Shown here piece after piece: positions 12,479 to 25,124 of a DNA stretch of 56,446 bases. Within the stretch, counting starts at the first letter, position 1, and each line of letters starts with the position of its first letter. Made by a program: the position numbers and the translations under genes. The notes under the pieces were generated by a model, which was given only the letters and a program-made list of their open reading frames with translations, was not told the DNA's origin and made no database searches. The stretch comes from Octopus bimaculoides (lineage: Eukaryota), in NCBI RefSeq assembly GCF_001194135.2, contig NC_068995.1, positions 10,629,848 through 10,686,293 of the forward strand. Reading direction: 5' to 3'.

Positions 12479-13504
12479 GAATACTCTGTAGAATAAACAC
12501 CTCTTAAAAATTGAACAAAAAACCTGCAGCTTTTCTTTTCGTTGTAGGGTTTGTTTTGCTTTTTATCATTCTGATCTCGATTAAATTAAGCACTAGTAAA
12601 ATAACGAATCGAATTAATCACTTGGCTTCGCAAGTCGCCAAAAGAAGCCATCAGGACAGACAGAAAAGTCGACTTCACCGAGTACATGACAATATTATAT
12701 ATATATGTAATTGCATAACAAGCAGAAACATGCGAGGAGAAGGTTTACAAACCAACTTGGTGGCTTAAAAATGACAGCTTTATGTACGTATACATTGTAA
12801 TATTCTCCTGTACACTGATGCATACATAACGCTTTGTGTGTATAGGTTGTCAACAGACAAGAAGGAACCTTAGCGAGCTTAAGTCAGTGTTGAAAGCACA
12901 ATTATTCTAAATAGTCAGAGGTGGTTTTCTTCAGATATGAATGGACAGCTGTCGCATTATATATACAGCATAAACCAACCCTAACCCTGTTTACAAGCCG
13001 ACTCCTGATTTATGGCCAGGAAATCCCGGAATTTTTCAAGTACTTCCAATAAAAATCGACCCTAGATTTTTAGGTCTGTTTTAACATATATATTACCAAA
13101 TCTAGTGTACATGTCGAACTTGGCCCACACTTTCTAGCACCTTAAGTGCAGGCACACTATTCTGTTAGTACCTTATCCAAAGACAGAAGAACGAAGGAAA
13201 AATTTTCGATTAGCCGTTTTTCTGGAACGTATCGCCACATGTTGCTAGAACAAATTAGACAAGTTAATGATTTATTAATGAGAGATTTTTCAGCAGGACG
13301 TTATGTTTAGATGCATACAATCACATGTAAGTAATCATAAATCTTCGTTTTATGATGATTTATGCATATATTAGAATTAAGCTACTACTAATCAAAATTT
13401 CAAACCAAATTAAACATGAATTTTAATTTCCTGAAAAAAGTAGAATCCAGATATCCACATAAAAGTAGGCCCCTTAGAAAATGGTCCGAAAAATTATATA
13501 TGTA

Positions 13505-13538
<34 letters not shown>

Positions 13539-14441
13539 CATATNNNNNNNNNNNNNNNNNNNNNNNNNNNNNNNNNNNNNNNNNNNNNNNNNNNNNNNNN
13601 NNNNNNNNNNNNNNNNNNNNNNNNNNNNNNNNNNNNNNNNNNNTATTAAGACCTAAAAAGTTCTCAACATGAAATATAGCAGCATACCAAACATTAACTT
13701 AAGATACAGACAGGACCAGATACATAAAATTCAGCATCAAACGGAGACGGAATCCAGGTAAAGAAAATTTGGCCATAGGCAATAATACACCGGTCGAGCA
13801 AATAAAAATATAGCGGTAAATAATTCCGTTAACAACCACCTATGTCTCATTGTGTTTGCGCATCTTCGTTGCAAATGAGATAGATGCAGTAAAGTACGAG
13901 TTAGGCTGACATCAAATATCATTCATTCCATTTCGTTCTTGTACACAAAACAAAGACAAACATCTTACTCTACGGTTGCTCTTACAGAAAGATTTACAGC
14001 TATGTGATTCCGAATTTGGTCCCCCCATTGCGTGGCACATTGAGCAAGTGTCTTCTACTACGGCACCAGGCCGACCAATGTCCTGTGAGTGAATTTGGTA
14101 AGCGGAAACTGAATGAAACACGTTGTATTCATATACATATGAATGTACATGTGTGTATATGTAACGAGTTGTTAAGGTTTCGATTCTTGGCTATGAGCCC
14201 CCCCACCAAAAAAAAAACGATCTCTGACGTGTGTGTGTGTGTGTTTGTTCTCCACCACGGATTCACAACTGGTGTAGGTTTGTTTACGTCCCTGCAACTA
14301 TCGGTTCAACAAAAGGGATCGATGAAGGGTTGATTTTTTTCGACTAAACTCCCCCCCCCCCAAAAAAAAAATCTGTACTTATCCTCTCCACTTCTTTTAA
14401 ACATAAATAACAATGGCCAAAATAACATTCTTGTCTCTAAT

Positions 14442-14652
14442 GGTACTACTAAAGCAGCACGGTCCCGAACGCGCAGTCGAGCGTCCGCGCTAGCTAGTCG
14501 TGAGTGGTCGATCCTAACCCTAACCCTAAACATGTATTCATTTACACACGCGGGTTAGGGTTAGGGTTAGGAACAGGGTCAGGGCTAGGATCGACCACTC
14601 ACGACTACTTAGCGCGACTGCGCGTTCGGGACCGTGCTGGTTTAGTAGTACC
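14442..14652. mobile_element. 211-bp MITE with GGTAC termini, long TIRs and an 8-bp TSD (Merlin-like), carrying inverted telomeric repeats
   Basis: Arms ggtactactaaa.cagcacggtcccgaacgcgcagtcg... and their reverse complement; TSD tctctaat / tctgtaat; CCTAACCCTAACCCTAA at 14513-14529 and GGGTTAGGGTTAGGGTTAGG at 14552-14571. Confidence 0.8.
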
Positions 14653-15570
14653 TCTGTAATTAATATAAAGAACGAGTAACATTCTAAATGAAATGTGTCC
14701 CATACATCTTAACATATTTTTCCATCTTGATTCTATACGGTTTCTGATGCATCCCCAGTTGTTATGTCTACAATTTCTTGTCAATAACAAACGTTTGTTT
14801 ATTTTCGAAGAGGCAAGAAACGGTAAGACACTGAACTAAATGATGTTTCGACTTGTCTCTGTTAAGCTCGGATCTTGAATCCTGCCAGATTCTTTCGTCA
14901 TCGACTCGACCTTGCCTCCTATTATATATACTGCCAGAGCTAAATCCACGAAATAAATATGTACTATTTTTGCAAGATTACGTGACATTAACGTTTTGCC
15001 TGAGGCAGATCTGGAGCAGAGATGGCGTGTAATTGAGGAGGTCGCGAATGGCGACATTAGAGCCTTGACAAAAACCTAACCGAGTGATTGACAGAACGAT
15101 CTTTTAGTTAACTGGTTAAACTGCTGACCAATTGACAAACAGGTATAAAGAAATGGAATAGAACCAATGCGTATGTTTATTACTGGCATAACGACCCTCC
15201 CGGGATTCCACAAAATGTTTCGATACACGAGCTCACATCAAGAATCTTGCAAACTAAATACAAAAACGAAATTACACACACACACTTATTTGTAAATAGA
15301 ATAATGTCAGATATGATGCTTAATGCCATGAGAGCCTTAGTACGAGTAAAAAGGATAGTTTAGAATGAAGATCATAATTATTTTGGAAAATTAAAAACAT
15401 TTTTAATTCAACTGCCTATGTATGTTATATATATGATCTTGCGAATACTATATATATATATATATATATATGAGAAAGGTTGAGTTCAATTTGAACCTTT
15501 TTACTTTGTGAGTTCCAAAGCTAGATTTCTAATAAAGATTCTTCATATTAAATTTGTGGTTTACTATTGC

Positions 15571-15618
<48 letters not shown>

Positions 15619-15620
15619 GA

Positions 15621-15940
15621 GGAAAATAAGACAAGGTAGAAAATGTTAAAATAATTTTATCACGAAGAACATTTTAGTACTCTGGTGAGTTCTCTACCAC
15701 CTAGAACTCATAAGAGTAAAAAAGAGAGACGGAGACAGACATACAAAAAAAGGAAAATGTCCCTTGCATTTGAAAACTATGGAAATATTTAAAAAAGACA
15801 TTTCATTTAATTTTTCCACGATTTTATTGTTTTTTATGCTTTACTCTAAGTTGAAAATGTTGCAAAGACTGAAACCGGTACTAAAATAATGTTCTTCATG
15901 ATAAAACTATATTAGCATTTTCTACCTTGTCTCATTTTCC
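15621..15940 (+). mobile_element. 320-bp element with about 60-bp inverted ends and a hammerhead-like motif at 15851-15880
   Basis: 15621-15680 is the reverse complement of 15878-15940 with a few substitutions and one indel; internal hairpin at 15679-15717. Confidence 0.65.
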
Positions 15941-16398
15941 TTATACATATCAAGGTTCCTTTTATTTCAAGGATCCTTATTATATATCAAGGTTTCTTTT
16001 CAACCTTCTACACACACACATATATATATACACATTAGATGCGTGTGTATATTTTGTGAAGTTATTAAAATATTGCTTTTTATGAGTACAACACAAACAC
16101 ACGTGTTATATATACATTGATTGTGTATGTGTGTGTGTATACACCTAACATATAAGTGTGTTCTATTACTACCCAGTTTTATATATATACAAGATAGATA
16201 GATAGATAGGCAGATAGATAGATAGATAGAGACCGAGTGAAAGAGACAAATGGGCAAAACACAGACACCCTATCTATGTGTGTTTGTACTGTAGCCGTGC
16301 TTCTATGCCTGTTATATCTATCTATACGTAAATAAACATAGAAGTATGGAATAAAACAAAACAAGAAAGCTTCTGTAAAGAGGTTCCTGTATATTTAC

Positions 16399-16461
16399 CG
16401 TGTAGCTTCTGTCATTTTCACCTTCGACTTTACGAAAACTGGGGATTGAAACTCGTATCAT
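16399..16461 (-). CDS. SNX24: Sorting nexin 22/24 family, coding exon 1 (MIRVSIPSFRKVEGENDRSYT)
   Basis: Read by hand on the minus strand: ATG at 16461, 21 codons, GTAAAT donor, phase 0. It matches the start of the SNX22/24 PX domain and joins in frame to the exon at 1992. Confidence 0.88.
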
Positions 16462-16727
16462 TATTGTATCACCAGTTGTGGCTCAAGGAGCCATTCGTTC
16501 ACACGACAGCAGAATACATAAAAACGAAACTAATACTGCAAATATGTGAGGTAGCAATCGTGGTTTTAGTGGCTGATGACGGTAACTGTTGTAGTAGTTG
16601 TTGTCGCTGGTTCTGATGACAGTGTCTTGTTATTTATTGCTGCTGCTGTTGTTATAGTGACGGTGGTGGAGACAGGCACTTCTTGATGTCTAGAGGGTAG
16701 TGTTGTAGTAGCAACGATGTTATTGGC

Positions 16728-16866
16728 ATAGATAGATAGATAGATAGATAGATAAAGATAGATAGATAGGTAGATAGATAGACAGACAGACAGATAGATA
16801 GAGAGAAAGATAGATAGATGGAAGATGGATAGATAGATAGATAGTAGATGGATAGATAGATAGATA
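16728..16866. repeat. (GATA)n microsatellite
   Basis: Direct reading; others at about 16193-16230, 53900-53975 and 54482-54570. Confidence 0.95.
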
Positions 16867-18492
16867 GTGCTGACGGGTGCCTTGTTGTTGTTGTTGTTAT
16901 TGGCGATGGTAGTAGTTAGAATGGTGTGTTTTGATGTGAGGTGGTTGTACTGAACTGATGTGTTCGTAGGGGTGGCAACGAGGATGTTACAATAATTATG
17001 TGTACGTATGTATATATATATATGTGTATTCGTTGCGGTGTAGTAGTGGTTACATGTGATTACCGTTAGTTGTACTTGTGATAGTGTAATTAGAATGTAA
17101 AAGGAGACGATGAAACAAGCGTCAACAACTCACACAAAACCGCGATCACGGTTGAGGTTATATTAAACCACCACCGACACCAACAACAACACCACCGACA
17201 ACACCAACTTAACCACTGCTAGTAGCAATCGTGGTGTTACTTAGTACATGAGGAAATCCGTCACAGGACACTGGTCACAACCAGTATCTCTTACACAGTC
17301 ACAGTTAGTATATCCACGAAAACGGACAGCATTAACGGAACCTCCACCCAACAATACCTGTTTTCACCCATTTTACTTCCTCTACCTATCTTTCTTTCGA
17401 GTATTTGACACTCCCTCTATCTGTCTTTCTTTCCCTTTCTTACTCACCCCCCACTATCTATCTTTCTTTCTCTTCTTTATCACTCCGGTTATCTAAGTTA
17501 CTTTCTCTATCTCATTCACTTCCCCTCTATTTATATTCTGTCTTTCTTCTTTCTCTATTTCCCCTTTCTCAATGTTACTTCCTACTCCTTCTACTCCGGT
17601 CTCCTGTGTGGTTCGCTTCAGTGCAACTTCCTCTCATACTCCTCCTCAGCCCATTCTCTCTCTATTTATTTATCTTTCTAATAATTACTCTCACTTGAGT
17701 TTACGCCTTTTTCTATCTCTCTCTAATCCATAATATCCGTGTTTCGCTCTCTCTTTGCTCCCACTCTGTATCAACACTTTGATTTCTTTATCTTTCTTTT
17801 CTCTTATTCTCCCCTCTCCTTAAGCTCTTTTTTTTATTACTCCTACCGCTACATTAACTCCCTCTTTAATAAATTATCTATCTTTCTCTCCCTCCTTTTC
17901 TTTCTCGCTTTTCTGTTTCTTTTTCCCCACCACTTTCATATTGATCTTTTTTCTACCGGAAGTTGTTCCCAAACCGATGATGTCATCGCTTACATTTTCC
18001 CGGGGTTTTTTTCCTTCTCTTCTTGGAGCAACATCCCACGCGTATGCAGTCATCTCCTTTGAGTCTCTTCGTCAATCAATGTTCCTTGCTTTCACACATT
18101 TAAAATCGCCAACATATATGTGTATATATATATATATATATTTTTTAGTGTCTGGGGAGAGTCATTCTGTATTAATTAACACACACATCGGTTCACTTTC
18201 CACTCATTTTTCTCTCCTAAAATTTTCGTTGCTTCTTGCAACCTCCCCTATAGTTGTTAACTCTGTCCGTTATCGGAGCTGTGTGTATCCTTATATATAT
18301 GTATGTATGCCTGTGTGTACATTTGTATATATGTATTCTGCATAATCATGCGTTTGTGCTTGTTTGAGTATGTCTGTGTGTATGGGTTCGTGTGACTATG
18401 TACATGCGTCTGTGATGCATTGCATGTGTGTCTCCATATGTGTCCTTGTGTGGAATGTGCGTGTTTGTATATGGTCATGTGTTTCCGTCTCC

Positions 18493-18579
18493 TACTACAT
18501 TTCAAACCCCAGGAAAACATCTTTTCCCGCTGGTTAACGACAGCGGGAAGAGATGTTTTCCTGGGGTTAAAATGTAGTA
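18493..18579. repeat. 87-bp hairpin, arms about 40 bp, 8-nt loop
   Basis: aaccccaggaaaacatcttttcccgctg / cagcgggaagagatgttttcctggggtt. Confidence 0.9.
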
Positions 18580-18869
18580 ACATCTGTTCTGCATTGAGCA
18601 GCGACGTAAAAGTAGCACCTCACATGACTATATATATATATATATATATATATAATGTGGGTGTCCTTTGTCACTTCCTCACAGAAAAAGGCCATCGCTT
18701 CCGTTATCAAATGCAATCATGAGACTTCATGTGACTGGCAAATTCGACTTAGGACAAGCAGACCCGACTACACAATGTTACATTTTCGAGCAGACAAGAC
18801 TTAAATATCAACATAAACATTTATTTAGATGAAAGAAAACTACTGGAGTACTTTCACCTAATTCTTCCA

Positions 18870-19250
18870 AATCTTTATTAAAACTGTATTGAAACCATTT
18901 GTCGGGATTTTTTAAAATTTTTTATCACAGCAACTGGTCGCACACCACAAGGTTTTTAACGGAACCTACTGAAACAAGCCAACACGCTCACAGCATTATT
19001 ACAGGCGATGGCGAGACTAAGGCGTTGGGAGAGCCGAGCGTCCTCACGGGTTTCACCTGACACCTCGGTGAGGCGAGCTGCCAACGTTGACAAGAACTTC
19101 GAAGTTGGTGGCCCAGTCTCTTCAAACGTCTCAAACGCCGCAGGCTGGAAGTGGTAGTTCACCGTAGGGTCCCGATACTTCAGGGCTTTCTTCTGTTCGG
19201 TTACGGAAGCAGTAACCCTCCCATTAGCTGCAGCATCCAGTAATGAACTT
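18870..19250 (-). mobile_element. Restriction-like-endonuclease non-LTR retrotransposon (CRE-like) 3' remnant
   Basis: Open frame EQKKALKYRDPTVNYHFQPAAFETF...FLSTLAARL...TREDARLSQRLSLAIACNNAVSVL, then a short UTR with AATAAA (plus-strand tttatt at 18874). Confidence 0.65.
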
Positions 19251-20639
19251 CACTGTGTCAAACACACTCTATCAAGTAAACTCAAGACGAAGAATATAGA
19301 ATGGTGTATATGTTATTAAGTCGTGCTTCTCAACAATTGCTTCTGTTTTTGTCGCATTTCTTATTCAAGGGAAGTAATTGGTTTTATTGAGAAATAAAAT
19401 TATGTCCCTTATGCTGTACAAGGTTTTTGCTAAAAACTTATTGCAGTTCACAGCCTTTAGCTTTGTAGCAACATCCCTTAGCTCAGCAATAGATTTATTA
19501 GTAATCATTAGACCTTACACGTTTTAACTTACAAGAAATAAATTTATTTATTCTAGTGGCTTAGACTTTGAATCCTTAGAAGGTATTTTTGAGTTGCTAT
19601 TTGGTTGTTGAAAGTCTATGCTAGAAAAATCGAGAGCCAGCTGGAAAAGAAGTCTAGGGAATAAGATGGGTGAGGTAGAGTTTCACAGTTCAGTTTATAC
19701 GATTTCTGCAGTCATTTGCAAGAAATGTGGTTAAGTATAACTATTGTTGCTTTGTTTATCTCCTTGTAAGTTAGCGGTTGGCAAACAAGAAAACAGAAAA
19801 AGCACTCAACTTTGAGAAATACGTTCTGCGTCCGATTTATTCCACTAAACCCGTCAATGCGGTGCCCCAGCATAGCCGTAGTCCAGTGAATGGAACAAGT
19901 TGAAGGTAAATGTTGAGTGGAACGAGATGTAATATTTGTCTCAAAGAAATTTCTCATGAAAGGCTTTGTGTGTTAAAACTACCATCATTCAGAATGATAC
20001 CCGCGAATTGTCAGACACAGATGTTTCGACTTGATTTAGCCTCTTCAAGGACGAACATCTTCGGACATTCTGTTTTAGATTTGAACATTTTGTGTGATAT
20101 AGAAATCAACAGACATATCATTTGGTGATTTGTGTGGAAATTGATCAAGCTTGAATTAAGATAATATTCATCTGTGTGTGTGTGTAATATGTGCGTGTGA
20201 ATGTATATGTGTACGTGGTGTATGTATATGAGAGAGAGAGATAAAGAGCGTGTGTGAGAGAGAGAGAGAGAATAATGTGCATGTGAGCCCGTTGTGTGTT
20301 CATATCACTTCCTTTTCCTTTCTTCCGGCAGAAAGGTCACACTAGCTTAACAACAGGAAATAAATAAACCTCATTCTGATTCAGAAACTAAATTGTTCAT
20401 CGCCATTGTTGACTGTCTGAGTAACTACATCTATGTCTCCATGATCCAGGTTAAAATGCGTAACGACCTCGTAATATAATAAATCGAAAGAATACCAAAT
20501 TCTCTTATCCATTAAATTTTGGCTTACATCCTAAGCAAAACAACAGCATATCATGTAAGACTATTTCTCCGGTAAAGGAACACTTCGAAATAATTCATTC
20601 GAAGCGAATGAATGAATGAACAATTCACGCCGTCGCTAC

Positions 20640-20825
20640 CAAAATATTAAATATTATTTATTTCCAGTCCAGGACTGGATAGTTTTGTTTAAGGTTCCGT
20701 GACAAAGAAATGCCTGTCTTGTTTCGTGATTTTTATCGTTAGAAATAAAAAAATTAAAAAAATAAAACTGGAAGTTGTGGTGGAACTGTCATTGTTTTCG
20801 TGGAACTTCAAGCCTTCGTTGATAT
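20640..20825 (+). other. Candidate non-coding first exon of the zinc-finger gene (intron 20826-23073)
   Basis: Repeat-free, CpG-containing stretch ending in a consensus donor AT|GTAAGT. A pyrimidine-rich acceptor ctctattatttcag at 23073 precedes the ZNF ORF. The start coordinate is approximate. Confidence 0.5.
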
Positions 20826-21135
20826 GTAAGTATTAAAATATATTGAATTGGCAAGACTTCCTTTTGTATTTCCTTATTTTGGCCCGTATACTTTTTGTCA
20901 CACATTTGATAGAGTAGATCTATTCCGAAAGTGCTCCTTCCGTGACCATCTGGTAGTAGTGATCAACTTTGATCGAGTTGCATTAATAACAGCGCCCGCA
21001 TATCTCCATCTTCCATACATACATACATACACATACATACATACATGCATGTATGTGTCTTCTGCTATAATGCCGGGTCAACCAATGCCTTGTGGGTAGA
21101 CAGAAACTGTGTGGAATTCCTTGTGTGTGTTTGAG

Positions 21136-21167
<32 letters not shown>

Positions 21168-22285
21168 CGCGCGTACAGTATGTGCAGGCATGCGTTTCTT
21201 TGTACGCATGAACTTGACAACTGGTGTTGTTTTGTTTACGTCCCCGTAATCGCGCCGGTCGACAAAACCGACTGATGGCACCAAAGAAATGCCCTTAAAA
21301 GGAATAAGTACAGGGATCGGTTTGTTCGTCTGTACATTTGAAGGCGGTGCCCCAGCATGGTCTCAATTCAATAACTGAAACACTATAAAATCATGTGTTT
21401 ATCAAGAATAATAATAATAATGCAAATTATTTATGTAGCCTAAAATGATTTTATCTAAAGCAATAAGCGATCTTTGGTTTAATGTTCATATAATACGGGA
21501 CTGATAATAAAATCTAAACAATTCGGGAAAATGCAAAAATAGACTTGGATATCTCGATTACGCGAAACGAATATGTCACATGCATAAAAATCACGTAATT
21601 TAGTAATTACCTGTTTAATAGTAATAAAAATAAAGCACATTAATGATAAGATTTATTTATGTAGAAGAGTCAGCAAGGATGCAATTTCCTAAAGTGAAAA
21701 AAAAAAAAAATTTGGGGCATTCTTTCGATAAAGTAAGCCATAATGTATTTTTAGTTTTTGGACTGTCCCCCCCCCCTTTTTTTTTCTTGATTACGTCACG
21801 TTTTAGACCAGACACTGCATTAACATCTATCTACTTTAGTCTGCATTGTTTTAGCCATACGTCAGCTTTGATCGATAAGTTCTGTTCTAAAAGTTGCTCT
21901 CGCCTTGTCCATCCTGTATCAGCGATCGATCTTGACCAGGTTTCAATCACAACGACCTTCCAAGAAACCCTTGTCTTTTTTTAATACTTACATATCCCTT
22001 CTGCTATATGCACAAGGCCGGAAATTTTTTTTAAGAAGGGTGTAATCGATTATTTCGACTCCAGTTCTCAGCCGGTACTCATTTTGTCGATTCCTAAAGC
22101 ATGAAAGGCGAATTCAGAATGTATAGACGGACGAAATGCTGTCCGGCATGCTGAGCTAGCTCGCCGCCTTTTTTTATTTTTAAATATATATCGGATTAGA
22201 TTAGCTAATATATATATTTGGACTGGATACAGCTGGTTTAAATACTTAAGAATTAATAATGACAAAGTTATTATCTTTTATTTTT

Positions 22286-22672
22286 TTTTACTTATTTCAG
22301 TCATTAGACAGTGGCCATACTGGAGTGCCATCTCGAAGAGTTTTTAGTTAAATGAATGAACCCCAGTCTTTTTTTTTTTTTTTTTTTTGAAAGCCTGGTA
22401 TTTTTCTATCAGTGTCTTTTGCCAAAACATTAAGTTACGGGGATGTAAACAAACCAACACTGGTTGTCAAGCAGTGATGGTGTGCAAAGAGAAACAAAAA
22501 TAACCCAGACACATAGTTGTATATATATATATATGTGTGTATACAACGGGCTTCTTTCAGTTTCTGTCTACGAAATCCATTCACAAGGCTTTGGTCAGCC
22601 TGTGGCTATAGTAGCAGACACTTGCTTAAGGTGCCACACAATGGGACTGAACTCAGAACCAAGTGGTTGGGA
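22286..22672 (-). mobile_element. SINE family A, diverged
   Basis: Reverse-complement family A motifs inside the candidate ZNF 5'UTR intron. Confidence 0.7.
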
Positions 22673-23653
22673 AATAAATGTCATGCTTGTATCTAGCGTG
22701 CTAAATTCTTCAATAATTTCAAAATTAATTTTTAAAAAAGGCAAAGTATTTCACCCTTTACCATTGAGATTACTTTGTGAAATGTTATGCTTATTTAATC
22801 ACATTCTATTGTAACTTAGAGATTTCAATAATGTGGTAGATTGATATTGTATGGTAGGTGTGAAAGGTCAGATCTGGCCAGGTAGAATATTTTGGCTGGA
22901 TATGGTTGAAATGCTAAAAGGGTTTACAAACAAAATTCAGTTGTTTTATATCCATAGTTTGTCAGTGTAGAACTACAGAAATATCTCACTGTAGAATCTT
23001 TTACTTCTTAAGCTCAGAACTTATACTTTATAAATATCTTTAACTCACACTGTTTATTTCTCTATTATTTCAGATTATCAAGTTACACTGGCATTGAAAT
23101 AATTCCATTTTTCATAAGCATCAACAGTTTTTTATCATCTGTTTAAAGATATATATATGTAATATTAGCCCTTCTTATATATATNNNNNNNNNNGATTTG
23201 ACTGAGGACTGGTGAACCAGATGGCTGCACCATGCTCCAATCTGGTGGATGAATTACTATGAAACAGTTCAATGAAATGAGATTAGAAACAACATTTCTC
23301 TACTTTTCTACCTGGAGTAGGTACAAGACAATCTTGCATTCAAATTAAATGTGGAAAATTTGTTGAAGATATAACTGGCTTCCCTGTGCAAGAAACCCTA
23401 TTTGTGGATATGTCTTAATACTAAGTTTTAATTTTTTTTTTTCCTTATTATAAAAGAAGGCTCTTTTGTAATAAGCCGTCTTGAAATATTTATTCCTGAA
23501 TGGTGATGATATTCCAATAAATTATTTTGTAAATAACTGTTCACAGCATCTGAACATACTAAAGACCAAGATCACAGTGGCTGGAATGTAGTTGAAGAAA
23601 TATTTGTTAGAAATCATATATAAAACTTAACACAAAAGAAATATCCATATATT

Positions 23654-24850
23654 ATGGAAAATGAATTGTGTGAGACTCGGGTTATTTATAAAGCGCATTC
23701 CAAAAGGACTGAATTTCCTGATGAGATTCTGAAACAGATAGGAAAAACATTATACTACTGTGATATCTGTAAAAAGTCATTCTCTAAAAAAAGTAACCTA
23801 ACAAGACATGAACGTATTCATACAGGAGAAAAGCCATATCATTGTGATATCTGTGGTAAATCATTCTCTCAAAATAGTGTCTTAACTACTCACATACGTA
23901 TTCATACAGGAGAGAAGCCATATCATTGTGATATCTGTGGTAAATCATTCTCTGAAAGTGGTAACTTAACTACTCATAAACACATTCATACAGAAGAGAA
24001 ACTATATCACTGTGATATCTGTGGTAAATCTTTCTCTACGGTTAGTAATCTAGCTATTCACAAACATATTCATACAGAAGAGAAATCATATCACTGTGAT
24101 ATATATAGTAAGTCATTCTCTGAAAGTAGTAAAGTAACTACTCGTAAGCATATTCATGCAGGAGAGAAACCATATCACTGTGATATCTGTGGTAAATCTT
24201 TCTCTACATCATTTCTGTCAACTTCACATAAACGTATTCATACAGGAGAGAAGCCATATCACTGCGATATCTGTGGCAAATCATTCTCCATAGGTAGTAA
24301 CTTAACTATTCATAAACGTATTCATACAGGAGAGAAACCATATCACTGTGATATCTGTGGTAAATCATTCTCTCAAAGTAGTGTCTTAACCACTCACATA
24401 CGTATTCATACAGGGGAGAGGCCATATCACTGTGACATTTGTGGAAAATCGTTCTCTGTAACATGCAGCTTAACTAAACACATACGAATTCACACCGGAG
24501 AGAGGCCATATCACTGTGATATCTGTGGTAAATCATTCTCCATAGATAGTCATTTAACAACTCACAAACGTATTCATACAGGAGAGAAACCATATCTTTG
24601 CGATATCTGTGGTAAAACATTCTCTCGAAGAAGTTACTTGAATTCTCACAAATGTATTCATGCAAGCAATAAACCATTTCTTTGTGATATCTGTGATATT
24701 TCATTCTCTCAAAAGGGCGAGTTAACTTCTCACAAACATACTCACACAGGAGATAAACCATATCGCTGCGATATCTGTGATAAGTCATTTTCTGGGAAAG
24801 GTGGTTTAACTCGACATAAACTCATCCATATGGAAGAGAAGCAGTGCTAA
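23654..24850 (+). CDS. C2H2 zinc-finger protein, 398 aa, 13 tandem fingers (finger 5 degenerate), no effector domain
   Basis: Uninterrupted ORF with repeated [11 protein letters not shown]...H...H and TGEKP linkers after a 33-aa leader. Confidence 0.95.
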   Translation: MENELCETRVIYKAHSKRTEFPDEILKQIGKTLYYCDICKKSFSKKSNLTRHERIHTGEKPYHCDICGKSFSQNSVLTTHIRIHTGEKPYHCDICGKSFSESGNLTTHKHIHTEEKLYHCDICGKSFSTVSNLAIHKHIHTEEKSYHCDIYSKSFSESSKVTTRKHIHAGEKPYHCDICGKSFSTSFLSTSHKRIHTGEKPYHCDICGKSFSIGSNLTIHKRIHTGEKPYHCDICGKSFSQSSVLTTHIRIHTGERPYHCDICGKSFSVTCSLTKHIRIHTGERPYHCDICGKSFSIDSHLTTHKRIHTGEKPYLCDICGKTFSRRSYLNSHKCIHASNKPFLCDICDISFSQKGELTSHKHTHTGDKPYRCDICDKSFSGKGGLTRHKLIHMEEKQC

Positions 24851-24929
24851 ATTTTTCTCACAGAATCCATTTTTCACACAGAACAGTAGGTACAATGCAT
24901 TGATACATTTCATCTGAAAGAAATACTTA

Positions 24930-25124
24930 TGATACCAAAATGCCTGAGAAAGACTTTGGTTTTATGATACAAATTCTGTTTTAAAGTGAGTTGAATTAAA
25001 ACCTATCAAAATCTCCAAACACCATCTTAATACTGACAAAGTTATTTTACCAAATTCTTTCTTATTTTCAAAATTAATTAAAACGAAGGCTATGTATTTC
25101 AACAGAAATATGGTAACAAAAGGG
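24930..25124 (+). mobile_element. piggyBac-type MITE remnant 3' of the ZNF stop codon
   Basis: Ends aacagaaatatggtaacaaaaggg|ttaa; related to about 1504-1730. The left end is approximate. Confidence 0.55.

Noticed and set aside
13700-13920. Unique CpG-containing stretch with a possible donor at about 13759
   Set aside because: Frames are short and no family can be assigned.
14740-15080. Protein-like short plus-strand frames (LCLQFLVNNKRLFIFEEARN; PEADLEQRWRVIEEVANGDIRAL) with a GTAAGA donor at 14823
   Set aside because: No recognisable domain and the phases do not join convincingly. A nested antisense exon or promoter is not excluded but is unsupported.
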